The notes: generated by a model not told the origin, from the letters alone. A DNA stretch of 64,000 nt from Vitrella brassicaformis CCMP3155 (GCA_001179505.1 CDMY01000356.1:372001-436000); one strand, 5' to 3'; counted from the first letter of the stretch, positions 13,190 to 25,800 are shown. Program-made: numbers and translations.

Positions 13190-14550
13190 TCAGTCCGTTT
13201 GGTTGCCGTACACGACGAAGAAGGGGTTGAGTTGGTCTTCCTTGTTGTACCGCAGAGCCTCACCCTCCTCACATGGGGCACCACCAGCAGCCTGCAGGTA
13301 TGTATGCAAAGCAGAAAGGGGAATGGGGTGTGGTGTGGTGTCGGTGAGGGATTGACGAGAGGCTTAGCTTACTTGGACGACTCTGCCGCCCGCCTCATTG
13401 ACGATGGCGTGGGCAGCGCAGGTATCCCGCTCACCTGTCACACCACACTCAGACAGAACAGGACAGGACAGGTAGCAGACAGACAATGAGTAGCTAGACA
13501 GGTTGGCAACCATCCCATCCCCAGCGTGTGGCTCTGTCTGTTGGTGGAAGGATGGATGGGCTTATATCACTCACTGCATACATACACACATACATACCTA
13601 CATACCTACATACGTACATGTGTCATGGAGTCTTGGATAGACATGGGCACTTCCCTCAGCAATGAGCATCAGCTTGATCGAGGAACTGCCAAACCAAAGA
13701 ATGGAGATCAAAGACACCACACCACACCACGACACAGACACACATGTCATGTCGCCGCCTTTTCCCCACAAGTATTTTTGCCGTGCCGTATGTATACTCA
13801 GGACTCACTCAACTCACCCGAGAGACACGAGTGTTGGGTTCTTATATTTGTCGATGAATGCCTGAGTACGTCGGAGGGTGTCCCCTCTGTTTTGTGGCCG
13901 TGGGGCCACTATGGTCAGGCCCTCGTCGTCCTTGCTGAAGGTCGCCGCATGGATCCTGCTGACCTCACCATTCTCCTCCTTGTACGCACCTAACCCACAC
14001 GACACAAAGTCGGCGCACACACGTGTCAGTTCATCTATGCCAGCACCTGCAAGCGCACTTACCGAGGCCTTGCGCGGCCCAGTAGGCGACGCCCTGTGCG
14101 GGGATTGTCACCACACCAGCGATGGGCGTGGGGCCCTGGCAGACGCCGATGTTGACCGTAAACTGACCGTTCCCTGTGCACGAGCACACAGGGGAATGAC
14201 GTATGAGATGTGGAGTGGCACGGCAGGAACCCATGTTTGATGAAGTCCTTGGTGCCATCGAGCGGGTCGACGCAGAAGTGGTGCTGCCAGTTCTTCCGCT
14301 CCTCGTAGGCCAGGCTCTCGTTCTCCTCGCTCACGATGGGCAGGTTGGGATAGAGCGTGCTCAGCGCCTCACAGATGACCCTGTTGGCCTCCCGGTTGGC
14401 CGCTGTCAGGGGCGAGGCGTCGCTCTTCATCTCAACCTCCCATTTGTCCTTCTCGCCCTCATAGATGGCCATAATGGCCACACCAGCACGCTTTGCTATC
14501 TTGACAACCTCCAAGACGTCCACCGAAGTGCTCCCGCACTGCACATTCAT
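13190..14550 (-). pseudogene. cysQ: CysQ-type 3'(2'),5'-bisphosphate nucleotidase (inositol monophosphatase family), apparently degenerate
   Basis: Family motifs: IVSEE, FCVDPLDGTKDFIK, NGQFTVNIG, G|SSIKLMLIAEGSAHVYPR, DTCAAHAIVNEAGG, YNKEDQLNPFFVVYG* (stop 13190-13192). Family identity is secure. Lesions: TxAD to TAAN, SRSH to PRPQ, EWD to ERD, and the donor after FIK reads AT (14234-14233) instead of GT with no in-frame GT alternative. Confidence 0.75.
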
Positions 14551-14616
14551 CGTCGGCCGTCTCGCCCCCAGCTGCGCCCCCAGAGACGGGAATCGAGGCT
14601 CGCGTGACCGGCAGAG

Positions 14617-17600
14617 ATGACTGCAGCTGACACAGAGGTGACGGCGGGCGACTTGGTGTCTGCCATAGTGGAGGAATACAGCCTGAGCGCCGATGAGGTT
14701 TTTCAGATGATGCATCAACAGGTATTTCATGAGAGACGGACAGACTTTGCCTGCCGTTGCGCTATGGTTAATGTATTTCACACAGGCCCCCGCCCTCATC
14801 CCTGCCGACGACACCGCAAAGGACGTCAAACTGCCAAATTCGGCTCTTCAAGGGCTGGTATGGCTCATCTCGTGTCGCAACAATATCCCTTTGCCATCAC
14901 TCATCGCAACGGTCGCCACGAAGTGCAAGTGGCACGGGGACCCTTGCAATGCACTGCTGCCGCCAGCTGCATCCCCACTGCCCTTTCTGCCACCGTATCC
15001 CTACCCATTTCTGCATCCGGCTGCACAGAACGGCCAGCCAGCCGCCGCCGTGCCTCCAGTAGGCAAATCTCGCAGCACATGGCCACTACACATCCCGAGC
15101 TCTCTGTGGTGTCTCGTCAGGTGTGCAGGGGGAACGTGGATGAAGGTGACCACCCGCAGCCGTCTCACGGCCCTACCAAGCGAGCCGGCCCGGCTGTGCC
15201 TGTCAGAGGCCGGTCGAAGCGCCAGAACCGGGGCTCGGACAATCCTGCCGAAGCTTCCGCGACGCCATGGCTTGATGCCTGTGTCTCCTCGCAGCACATG
15301 TCGTCGCTCACGGCCGGCCGTGTTGAGTTCGACGGGACGCCTGGAGTGGTGGGCGAGGAGGGAGAGACGCGGCCATTTGCACTGCCCTGGGAGAGGAGCC
15401 GGGCTCTCATGGGCCATCCGCAGCCGCAGACCCAGGGAGGCGGTGCTGGTGCTGGTGGTGGTGCTGGTAGTGGTGGTGCTGGCGGGGAGGGGCTGGGTAA
15501 GGCCGTGTGGCAGATTCCCGAGAGGCGGCTGACTTTCCAGGTTGGCGAGCTCATTTTGATCCGTGCACCGGGGGGCGCCGGGGTGCCGCCATGGCCAGCG
15601 AGGGTCGCCGAGCTGTGTCACTATACGCCCCGCCCCTATCTGTGCGAGTGCCTTGGGGCGGTCATCCCGTTGCCATTATACAAACGGTAGGTATGTTGAT
15701 ATTGCACGCAGAGATGGATGGATGGATGGATGGACGGCTGTGTATCTATCGCTGTTGTGTGCGCTGCAGTGTGCGGTTGGCTCCCACGTTGGTCGCTGAG
15801 TATTCGCGCGACAGTGTGGTGGCTATCTCGGCGGCTCTCCAGGGGCATGCAACGCACTTCCCTGAGGGCCCCAACCAGGTGAAGAGACCTGTCTGTCCAT
15901 GGACACCATCCCTGTCCTGTCTGCCACACGCACGTGGATCCATCCATCCATCCATCCGTATGCCTACCCACAGATAGCGAATTTCGAGCAGGCCATCCAA
16001 CAGGCGGAGCAGTTGCATGAGAAGATACGCTTACACGGTTGGTAGGTCACGTCGGTCGACATTCATGGCATCTCTCCATCACCCAAGACACCTTGCCTTG
16101 CCTTTCCCTGCCTACACTGCATGCATGTGTGTGGCTCGCTGCCGTGGCTCACCTCACAGGTCCTGTGCACCATTCTGTGGACTTTGACTACAGTGCCATT
16201 CAGCCGGTGGACAAGGCGTCGGACATCGAGGGCGCCATCTACACATTTGACCCTACGGTGAGTGAGACATCCATCCATCCATCCATGGTGCTGCTGGTGT
16301 CGTGTCGCTTCAGTTGGGCGGCAAGTGGGTCGCCCTTCTGCTCGACGGCAGCGAGCTCTCCGTATATGACCCCTTTCCCGTAGAGGTACCTACCGTACGC
16401 ATGAGGATCAGTCATGCTTCACATCATGTTGCTACGTCACTGGTGTGTCTGTCAGGTTTTTGGCTTTGCCGTCGCCAAAGCTCGCGCCGAGGAGAAGGTG
16501 TGCGAAGCCATGTACAAATCCAGCCCCTCTGAGGCGCCCAAGCGCATCAAGGCCACACACACGGTCAGAGGGAAACGTAACGACACAGGCAGGGGTCATA
16601 CGTGCATCGATCGCATCGCATCGCTGGCAACCGTCGATGCTCCTTGCCTGTCGGTCTGCAGGTCGCCAAAGAAGAGAAATTCTTCTCCAATGCCATTGAG
16701 GCATCGCAGGCTCTCCAACTGAGTGAGCGCGCCCACCAAACACACAACACCAGATACCACACCCATCAATTGGTTGTCATTTGTGTGTGTCTCATCAGGT
16801 GACATGGAGGTGCTCCAGCGCCTCACCGCCCCCGAGCTCACCATCCCCTCCCACCCATCACCGACAGCACAAGACGACACCAACACTAAAGCCCCCTCGC
16901 CCTTCCATGACCACAGCAATGACGACGAGGAGACCAAAGAGGGCAGTCCCACATCGGTGCGCATGGAGCTGGACGAGGGCGCCTGGCAATTGGAGTACCT
17001 GCAGTGGGCCTATGAGGACCGGCCGGTGTGGGCCAAGCGGCTGTCCAGGGGGTACGACGTGCTGGTGCGGGCGCAGTGCAGGAGTGATGGGTTGATCCAC
17101 TTCCTGCAGACGCCCCAGCAGGCTGTGTACCTATGCTCCCTCAGTGAGTCAGTGAGAAGGGATATACATCAAAAGAGACAGACAAGAGACATGGTGCCTT
17201 CCCTGCCACTCACTCTCCCTCCTCGTATCCGCTTTTCTGCTTTCACAGAAGACGTTGGTGATTTAGCGATGCTTCTCTCCGAGGCGGCCGAGAGCATCCT
17301 CGGCTGGTCCTTCACCACCTACCCTGTCACGGGGGACACCAAATCCCCTTCACCCCTGCCCCACTCTGACCCCCTCGGCATTGCCCATCCCCCAGAGGCG
17401 ACCCCCTGGTCACGATTCTCATGCACTATCATCGACCACTACACCAACGCCCTGCAGAAGATGCCTCTGGACTGGACCGACCTCACGGCCGAGAGGGAGA
17501 GCTCCCGCCCTATAGCCGGATGGGTGAAGGCTGAGTACAAGGGGGCGTGTGCCAAGAAGGACCAGGTTGTGCGGTACTTCCCCTCCATGCGGGCCGCTGC

Positions 17601-18922
17601 AGCCACCCTCAACATGAGTCAGCGACAGAGACACGTCATAGCTCGCATGACATACATGGAATCCATTCATTCTCGCGTTGATGCGTGTGCGTGTGCGTGT
17701 GTGTGTCAGGTCTCACAGCTGTGGCGATGGTGGCCAAGGGGTTCTGGCAGGGCTGCCGCGGGTGGAAACTCAGCATCCTGCCAGTCACAGAAGACGACCA
17801 CCTGCCCTCGTCCCGCCACCCCCGCACGCCCCGCGGCTCACACGCCCCGCCAACCCCATGCCAGCCCACACACTCGCCGTCTCCCGCCCTCTTCCACAAC
17901 GCACAGCGATCACACAGCCAAATCGCCCCACCACAGCAGCCGAGAGGCGGGCCACCAGCAGCAGCAGCAGCAACAGCAACAGCAGGTCCGAGGAAAACCC
18001 GCAGCAAAGGTTCGCACTTCCCACACCGCCCCATGCGGACAATGGAGTGGGCTGACGGCGTGCCGAAGCCGATGGAGATCCACGTGCCAGTGGCTGTGGA
18101 GCAGCAGCAGGAGGAGACGGCCGGAGGGGATGATGGTGCGGGTGGTGGTGAAGGTGCGGCGACTGCGGGTAAGGTGTACCTGTACGCGCATCCGGTGGGC
18201 GAGCGTCAGTTCCAGTGGGTGAGGACGGGGGCCAAGATGAACCCGGAGTCCATACGGGTCAAGGCCGTCTGCCTCGCCAACAACACCACACACTACTACA
18301 TGTCGCAGAGGGAGTGCGCCGAAGCCCTAGGACTCGGTAGGTACTGACTGACAACAGACAAAGAAAGAGACACCGCCCACACACTCACCACCGATTGGTG
18401 TCCCATCCCTCTGCGTGTGTGTGTGTGTGCGCAGCCCAGTGCTATGTGTCGATGGCTGTCAACGGCCTGAAGAAAGTGGAAGGTTGGCGATTCTTCAGAG
18501 TGGTCGACCAGCACAACAGGCGCCGCGTCGACTCGCTCAACCGCACTTTGTCGCGGATGGAGGAGCGGGGCAGCTTCGACCGACACTCGGTGCCCGTCAC
18601 CACGCCGCCCATGGTGGACTGGCACGCCGCACGACGATTCTTCCGCACTCAACAACACGCTGCTGCTGCACCAGCTGCCCTTGCCCCACCACAGCAGCAG
18701 GAGCAGGAGCAGGGGCAGGGGCAGGGGCAGGGGCAGGGGCAGCAGGATGTCTCACCGGCTGTCGTCGTGAAGACGGAGGGTGCGTGTGGTGGGGATGGGG
18801 GCATGGAGGTGGACAAATTGGCGTCGCTGCTCACTGCTGGCGCTGCTGATGGTGGTGCTGCTGGTGCTGCCGATGGTGGTGCTGATGGAGCGGGAGACAC
18901 GGAGGAAGAGACGCAGGGGTGA
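14617..18922 (+). CDS. PWWP-domain protein with two NUMOD1/IENR1-like helix-turn-helix repeats
   Basis: Exon chain from ATG 14617. PWWP-like FQVGELILIRAPGGAGVPPWPARV ... ANFEQAIQQAEQL (~15532-16030). Repeat 1: VVRYFPSMRAAAATLNM|SLTAVAMVAKGFWQGCRGWKL. Repeat 2: VKAVCLANNTTHYYMSQRECAEALGL|AQCYVSMAVNGLKKVEGWRF. Stop 18920-18922. Confidence 0.7.
18700..18745 (+). repeat. Coding hexamer repeat (CAGGAG/CAGGGG)n encoding QEQEQGQGQGQG
   Basis: caggagcaggagcaggggcaggggcaggggcaggggcaggggcag visible in sequence. Confidence 0.85.
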
Positions 18923-19415
18923 GAGTGTGGCGGAGAGAGACGTGCAGTGCCGTGCAGTGCGAAAAGGTGTGAGTGAGTGTGCTCTAAGACGACTTTTTGA
19001 CGCAGCGCAGCCCATCGATCGATCAATCAATGCAGACAGACAGACTGCCTCTCGTCAGCAATCACGGCTGGGCTGGTTGGGTCGCTGTAAGTAAAAAGCT
19101 CATTCACGTCAAGTCATAGGCCAGCCAGGTCTCTCTCAGAGGCACAAACACAAACGCACGCACACGCATGCATGCATGAGGCCAGGCCCCTACGCGTTAG
19201 TTAATTGTCCGGTCGGTCACATCAGTCATGTACAGCAGCACACACAAGGCACGAACGACACATCAACATGTATGCCACTCACACCCATCCATCCATCCAT
19301 CCCCACCCCCCATGTCAGCCATCCAGCCCTGTGTCTCGTCCTTGCCGTTCCTGCCATGGTCATTCGGTCCATCGTTTATTAGCTCTCATGTCATTCATGG
19401 CACATCCAGGGCTAG

Positions 19416-20626
19416 TCAATCCCCCTTCTTGCCGGGTTTGCCCTTCTTAATCTGCTCGTACTTGTCGACCAGCTCCATGACGTCCTCGTACACATTCTTG
19501 TGAACCACGTGGCCCTCAGAGTCGAAGTAGTGCCCGCATGAGCGGGTCCGCCACACCTCCTGGGTACCCGCCTCAAAACACACCTTGCCAACCACAGACT
19601 GCAACACACACAGTCACAGACACACGTCTTCTCACGCTCCTGAAACCGAGCTCCTGTGATGTGTTTTGCTGTGCTGACCTCGTCGGGAGTGATTTTGCCC
19701 TTGCCGCCGCCTGCTGTTGCGTGTCTGGACCGGTAGCCCGACCGGAGGCGGAATGTGATGTGCTCGTCGAACCGGGCCATGTCGCCATCCAGATACACCT
19801 TCTGACCCTGATGCACCGTGGTGGACCACACGCAGAGAGAGGGAGAGAGACAGAGACAGAGACCTCCATGCACTGCACACGCCCGCACTGTTCGGGTGCT
19901 GCCCGTTTGGCCTCCCGCGCACTGCACTGACCTTTTCGTTTTTGAGGATCATCATGGACCCCTTGTAGAAGCATGAATCGACTATCAGCACCAGCGTGTT
20001 CAAAGCAAAGTACACAATCTAAACACACACAGATCAGACACACAGGGGAAGCATCCATCCATCCATCCATCCATGTGTGTGTGTGTGTGTGTGTGTGTGC
20101 CTCGGTGGAATGGATGGATATGTACCACACACGCCCCCAGAGTGAGCCTCTGCTGAGGGAAGGGCACCAGGAAGTGCGACGCCACCGCCAGCAGACACGC
20201 GGCCGCCGCCAGCACGATGCGCACGTTCGACGCTGACACATCCTCTATGTAACCCTCCAACGGCAGAAACTGACACACACACACACACACACACGCACAG
20301 ACAACCAGGCAGGCTATGTGTGTTGCATTCCTCCCTCAGTGACATCTGGGCAGATCCATCAGTGATATCTGCGGTGCTGCTCACTTCGCTGAGGTATTCG
20401 CCGAGCACTTGGCGGATCTCCGTCTCAGAGTACAGATTCGTCAGCTTCCCTGCAACCAACGACACACAATCCCATCAATCACACAGGGCACACACATGTG
20501 TCATATGCGAAGTCGCTTGCATCGCCTCTGCGCGCCACGTGTGTGGTGTGTATGTGGCTTACGTTCTTGCATTTCATGGGAGGGCTGTGGCATCTCCCGC
20601 TTCTTCCCGCCGTTGCCACCACCCAT
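19416..20626 (-). CDS. SPCS2: Signal peptidase complex subunit 2 (SPC25)
   Basis: Spliced protein MGGGNGGKKRE...KLTNLYSETEIRQVLGEYL...GYIEDVSASNVRIVLAAAACLLAVASHFLVPFPQQRLTLGACV|YFALNTL...DMARFDEHITFRL...RSCGHYFDSEGHVV. It matches the SPC25 pattern: two TMs around PFP, RFD, and FD.xG near the C-terminus. Confidence 0.85.
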
Positions 20627-20851
20627 CCTCCGCTCAGCTCACTCTGTCAAAGGTCCCGCTGGCTGGATCTTGGTCACCTCAACGCAATGTCCTGCACTGC
20701 TGAACGGATGCCAGGCAGCTGCTGCTCGCCTCGTTTGGCCTCTGCTTCTCCTCGCGTCTAAGCTCGCAGATCGTGAGACCTCTTCACTTGAAGCTTTGCG
20801 GCTGCCTTTGTAGCGTGTTTTGTGGCCCGCCAGCCTGGTGATCACATCGTC
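20627..20851. promoter_or_regulatory. Putative bidirectional promoter between SPCS2 and the HVA22-like gene
   Basis: Divergent ATGs separated by 225 nt. The interval lacks microsatellites. Confidence 0.5.
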
Positions 20852-21508
20852 ATGCTGCCGTATTGGCTGCTGGGTTTCTTCCTGTTCATCGTCGGCCTGG
20901 TGATCCCCATCCTCATCACCCTGCACCACCTGCAGCTCAAAGACGTATGCGCCCTTCAATGCAATGCACGCAACACACACAAGAACTGCCGTTTGTTTGT
21001 GCCATGTGTGTTGATGTGGTTGCTGGCGTGGTGCAGTACGGGGCGTCCCGTGTGTGGCTGTTTTACCTGGTGCTGGTGGCTGTGGGGAGCTTCGTGCTGA
21101 TCTTCCTTGAGCCCATACTCAGAGGGGTACGGAAGGAAGAACACATCAAAGAGATGACGGAATGGCAGTTGGTTCATGCGCCACGGCCTGTCCGCCTTTT
21201 GTCTGTGCGAGTGTGTGCAGATCATCGGCATATTGCCCTTGGATTTGTACTACGAGCTCAAGCTGGCACTCGTGTCAATCCTTGTTGTCCCCAGAACAGG
21301 CGAGTTACCCAACCGACACACCTCAGTGTCTGTCTGATGGATGGATGGATGTTCGTCTGTCTGTCTGTCTGTAGGTATGTTGGAGAAGCTGTTGAAGACG
21401 ACCGAGGACGACTACGACAAGTACATCAAGGTGGGGCTCGAGAACTGCCGCAAAATGGTGAAAAAGATCAAAGACAGCGGGAAGGAACTCCTCAACAAGA
21501 TGAAGTAG
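20852..21508 (+). CDS. TB2/DP1/HVA22 (REEP/Yop1-like) small membrane protein, 131 aa
   Basis: Exons 20852-20944, 21037-21126, 21221-21299, 21375-21508 give an open frame with WLFYLVL..E and LPLDLYYELKLALVSILVVPRTG (family pattern W..YW...E...P.YYELK...P.T.G). The third intron is GC-AG. Confidence 0.7.
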
Positions 21509-22808
21509 ACAGGGTCCAGACGTACAGATGGACGGACAAGTAGGACAGGGGCCGACCGTGTGTCTGTCTGTCTGTATGGTAGCTACCTAGCTCGTATAGC
21601 TGTCGGTTTCTGTATGTCTGTGAGGGCGCTGTTGTTTTTATCTCGCCGATGGGGGTGTTCTTGGGGGGCTCTTTTTGATTCAATCAGTGGGTTTTTGCGT
21701 GCATACGCATGGCTGCTGTCTTTCACCGCTTTCTGCCTCCACGCCTGCCTGCCTGCCTGCCTGGCCTACGTGCCTCTTTCCCCCCCCCTCTCTCTCACCC
21801 CCTCTCTGTCTTTTGCTGTCTGTTCGCCATCCCCGTCTCTCGTCTGTGGTGTGGTGTGTGAGCGGTGTGTACGGTGTGCGTACGTGCATGTGTCATGTAC
21901 GTGCGCGTGTAGTGTACTGGTGGCCGGCTTGGTAAAGCCAACTCACGACGGATGGATGGATGGATGGATGGGCGGGAGGACCTAGTCGTGAGAAATGCAG
22001 GGGGCTCCATGTGACTGACTGACTGACAGACTGACAATTTTGAATGCACCTGTCCACCATCGCTTACGCAAGTCATTGATGCCTTGCACATGTAGCCACA
22101 GCCATCCATCCATCCTTCCATCCACCCACCACACATCCACCGGTCGGTCGATTCGATGGCTGGCTGGCCGTCTGTACCGTCCACACATGTATACCCCGAG
22201 GGAAAGTGACAACTAAGCATAATCGGTCCTTCTCAATCTCGTTTTCAATCCACACTCGCGCGGACGCACAGAGCGTCGTTTCTCAATTAGGCATGAGGTC
22301 AGCACGGACAGGGAGAGACCAGAGGGCATGCAAGTAGGTTGACTGATTGCTTGATCAGTCTGTAGCACAGTGAGACAGCAAACGACGATACGGCAGAAAT
22401 CAACGAGAACAAATAGACCAGTCTGGTGAGTACGGAACACCGTCTTGTCCGCCTGACATGGACGTGCCCGACAAAGCAACAGGAAAAGCCCCTCAACTCC
22501 ACACCCATCCCCTGTACTGAAACATACCTACCCATCAATTAATCGACCACCCGCCCCCACAGTGGTACGTCATGCAGTCAGTCTATCTGACTGTCTATCT
22601 GTCAATCTGTCAGACTCGTATGTACACCCGCAAGCGACCGCACTCACCCTTTACTGAAACACCGATCCGATCTGCTCTCAAGCAAGACCCACCCCATCCC
22701 ATCCCACCCCATCCCACCCCCTCCCCTCCCTCCCTCCATGCGATGCGCTCGACCGACCGACAACTACGAATGGAATGCACCATCCCACCGCCCCGCCCTC
22801 AGTCTCCC

Positions 22809-25800
22809 CTACTTTGGCTGCTCCTTCCTACTCGAGAATTTGGATGGCAGCGTGTCGCCAAGCAGCTGCACTCCTCTGATCTTCTTTTTCGGCTTCCCCA
22901 CCTGCCCGCCTGGCGGCCCCTCAGCCTCGAGGTCGATGTAAATGGGTGAGGGCAGTCCTTGCCCTTCACGTGGCTGAGGGGCTGCTGCTGCTGCTGCTGC
23001 TGCGGGGGCCGGCGACTGCTGCTGTTGGGGCACGACGCGACGACGAACGGGGTCCCTGGCCACCAGTGCATCTGAGGGGCCGGCTGCTGCTGCTGGTGGT
23101 GGTGGTGGGTGCGACCTGTGGGGATGGGGAGAGGGGGACTGTTCGGCTGCTCCGACGATGCAGTCATCGGGCGACTCACCCCTCACTCCCCCCATTCCCA
23201 CGACTGGCGCCCTACTGCGGCCATCGGGCTGCGGAACACCACGTGGGTCACCACGGTGTCGGACTGACGGACGCCACGCGGGCACGTTGCGGCTGTCATC
23301 GTCCCACTTGTCAGGCCCACTCCAGCGGTCAGGCTGCTCCTCTCGGCGTCGCTTCTGAGGCAAGACAGCAGCAGCAGCCGCAGCAGCAGCGGCAGGAGGC
23401 GGCAATGGAAACACGTCCATGTTACCATCCGCCGGCTCGTGTGCTGATGGTGGGGGCGGGAATGGGGCAGGTCCAGCTGCTGCTGCTGCGGCGGCGGCGG
23501 CGGCGGGGACTGGTGCCAACGCCAGGCCAGCCGTGATGACGAATTGCTGCTCGTGGTCGCTAGGATGGTGGCGGGGCCGCGGCAGCACGTCAAAGACAGG
23601 TCTGGCGATGCTCTGGGCCGCTGCAGGGGGGACGCAGTCACTCACTGCACACACAACAGACGCAGAGGGAATGGAAATGGCACCATGATGCGAGAGTCTT
23701 GGGTACCTACCCATCTGTTGGACTTTGACATCCTTGAACTGAGAGAGGCCCCTGGCGCCGATCAGGGCGTCTTGGCTGTCCCACTTGATGACACTGCACA
23801 CCATACATCCAAACATCAACGTGATCAGCAAATCGCCTGCGCGTCCCCTCCAGCTTACGGGGGTATCTTCATGTTCGTCCCCTCCAGCTTCAAATCCGTG
23901 TTGATCACTGTTTTGAGCGGCTGGTCGAGCGACTGGACCTGCTTGGATCCGGTAGCAGCAGCCATCTCTGGGCCATCCAAACCACAACCACATCACAACA
24001 TACACGTCGTCACGAAGACACCTCCCTCCCTCCCTCCCTCACCTGGCGCCAACGCAGGTAGTTTCACCCTCAACGCCTTCTCGACACGCGACATCAGCTC
24101 GTCAAACTCGCTCGGCTGGCCGACTTCCAAATGCCGCACCAGCCTGAGGAACTTCTGCAGAGAGTCGGCCTCGCTGGACTGGCTGGTCAGATATCCCCTG
24201 ATGATGTCGGTGCGCTCTCTGCCGAGGCAGTTCAGGTCGATGGGTACCTCCGCCGACGTGCCAGCAGGCTCAGCGGCCAGCACGTCTTTGAGCAGGTCCA
24301 CGAGATGCTGACGGAGGGTGATCGGCGTGAAGGCCGCCTCTGGCAAGCGAAGCGCTGACAAGGAAAGACAGTGAGACGCACGGTTGTGCTGTGCTGTGCT
24401 GTGCTCGTGTGTGTTAATTCACACTCACCTGGTGCGGTGTGGTCGAGCCGTGTGAGCATCATAATGAGTCGCTCCCGCCACTGGCCCCTCGATGCGAGCA
24501 TCCCACAATTGACGAGGGCGATGGTGGCGCCATAGCCCAGGCTGAGGAAGTCCTCAATGACGGCCGCGAGGGCGTTGGGATGGTCGCGTGGCAGCCCCTT
24601 GACATTCTCTGAACACGCACATGCACACACAACATAGCCAGACACACAATTCGATGCGTGCCGTGCATGTGTGCGTCGCTCGCTCACCGAGGACGATGTA
24701 TGGGTTTTTGGTCAGCCGGATGATCTCTACCAGCTGGAAGAGGACTTCGCGCTTCTCACCGGCCCTGTCGTCGCGGAACCGCTCTGCGGTGGGCCGAGCG
24801 GTGCTGAAGCCCTGACACATCGACGTATTCACATTGATGTATTCAGCACACATGTGAGGAAATGCCTGCCCGCTCACCTGGCAAGGCGTGCCCGCATCCA
24901 CTATTCTGGCCTCCTTCAGGTGGCGAAGGACGTCACCGGCGACCTGCCGTCCTTGTGAAGGCAGCTCGCTGTCGTCCTCGCCCCACGTGGTCAACACGCC
25001 AGCCACGTCAGCGAGCGAGGCCAGGACGCAGTCGGGGCCATTGGGGAAGCCGCGATTGGTCCCAGGAGGTCCACTCATGAGGTACTGCACACCCACACAG
25101 GCGCACATTCAAAAGACAGTCCCCAGACGTGGACGGATTGCTCCTTACCTTGAAGGCCTTGGCGCATGGCTCGTCCTTCTCAACCCCCAGGACGTTCAGC
25201 TGCACGCCGCGCTCCTTCGCCTCCATGTCAATGCCCGCCGTCAGAAAGCCCGCGCTGCAGCAATACGATGCAGTCTTGACAGGGCCGCCCTCGCCTCCAC
25301 CTCCACCCACGCCGCCCATGGCCCGCTCGATAACAGGGCACCTGTCGAGTGGCGCCTGCTTGGTGGCCCGGATGATCTCCAGGGGCACCCTGTCGATCGT
25401 GTCGGCGACTTTCTCGGCCTCGCCGTCGTGGCGAATGCGGCGCGCCCGCGCAAGGCGATCTGCATGCTCCTCTTGCATGAGCCCCGGGCCTCCCGTCTCG
25501 AGTGAGAATGGGGAGATGAAGTGGCGACAGACGAGGTGGGTGGGCGGCCGAGAGTGCGGAGAGCCGGTGCTGAGTTGGTGCTCCAGGCGCTTCATGACGC
25601 ACATGGTCTCGCTCGGACATCGGCAGAAGGACAGCGGCACCTCCCAAAGTATCTCCCAGGACACAGTGGGTGGGAAGGGGTTGGTGCCTCGCCTCGAGAG
25701 AAGGGAGGGCACGTCCACATCCATGTCGTCTGATGCCGAGGGCACGCGCACGTCCTCCGATGTCTGCCTGTGGGGGAGCCGGGCGAAGACGCTGAGGACC

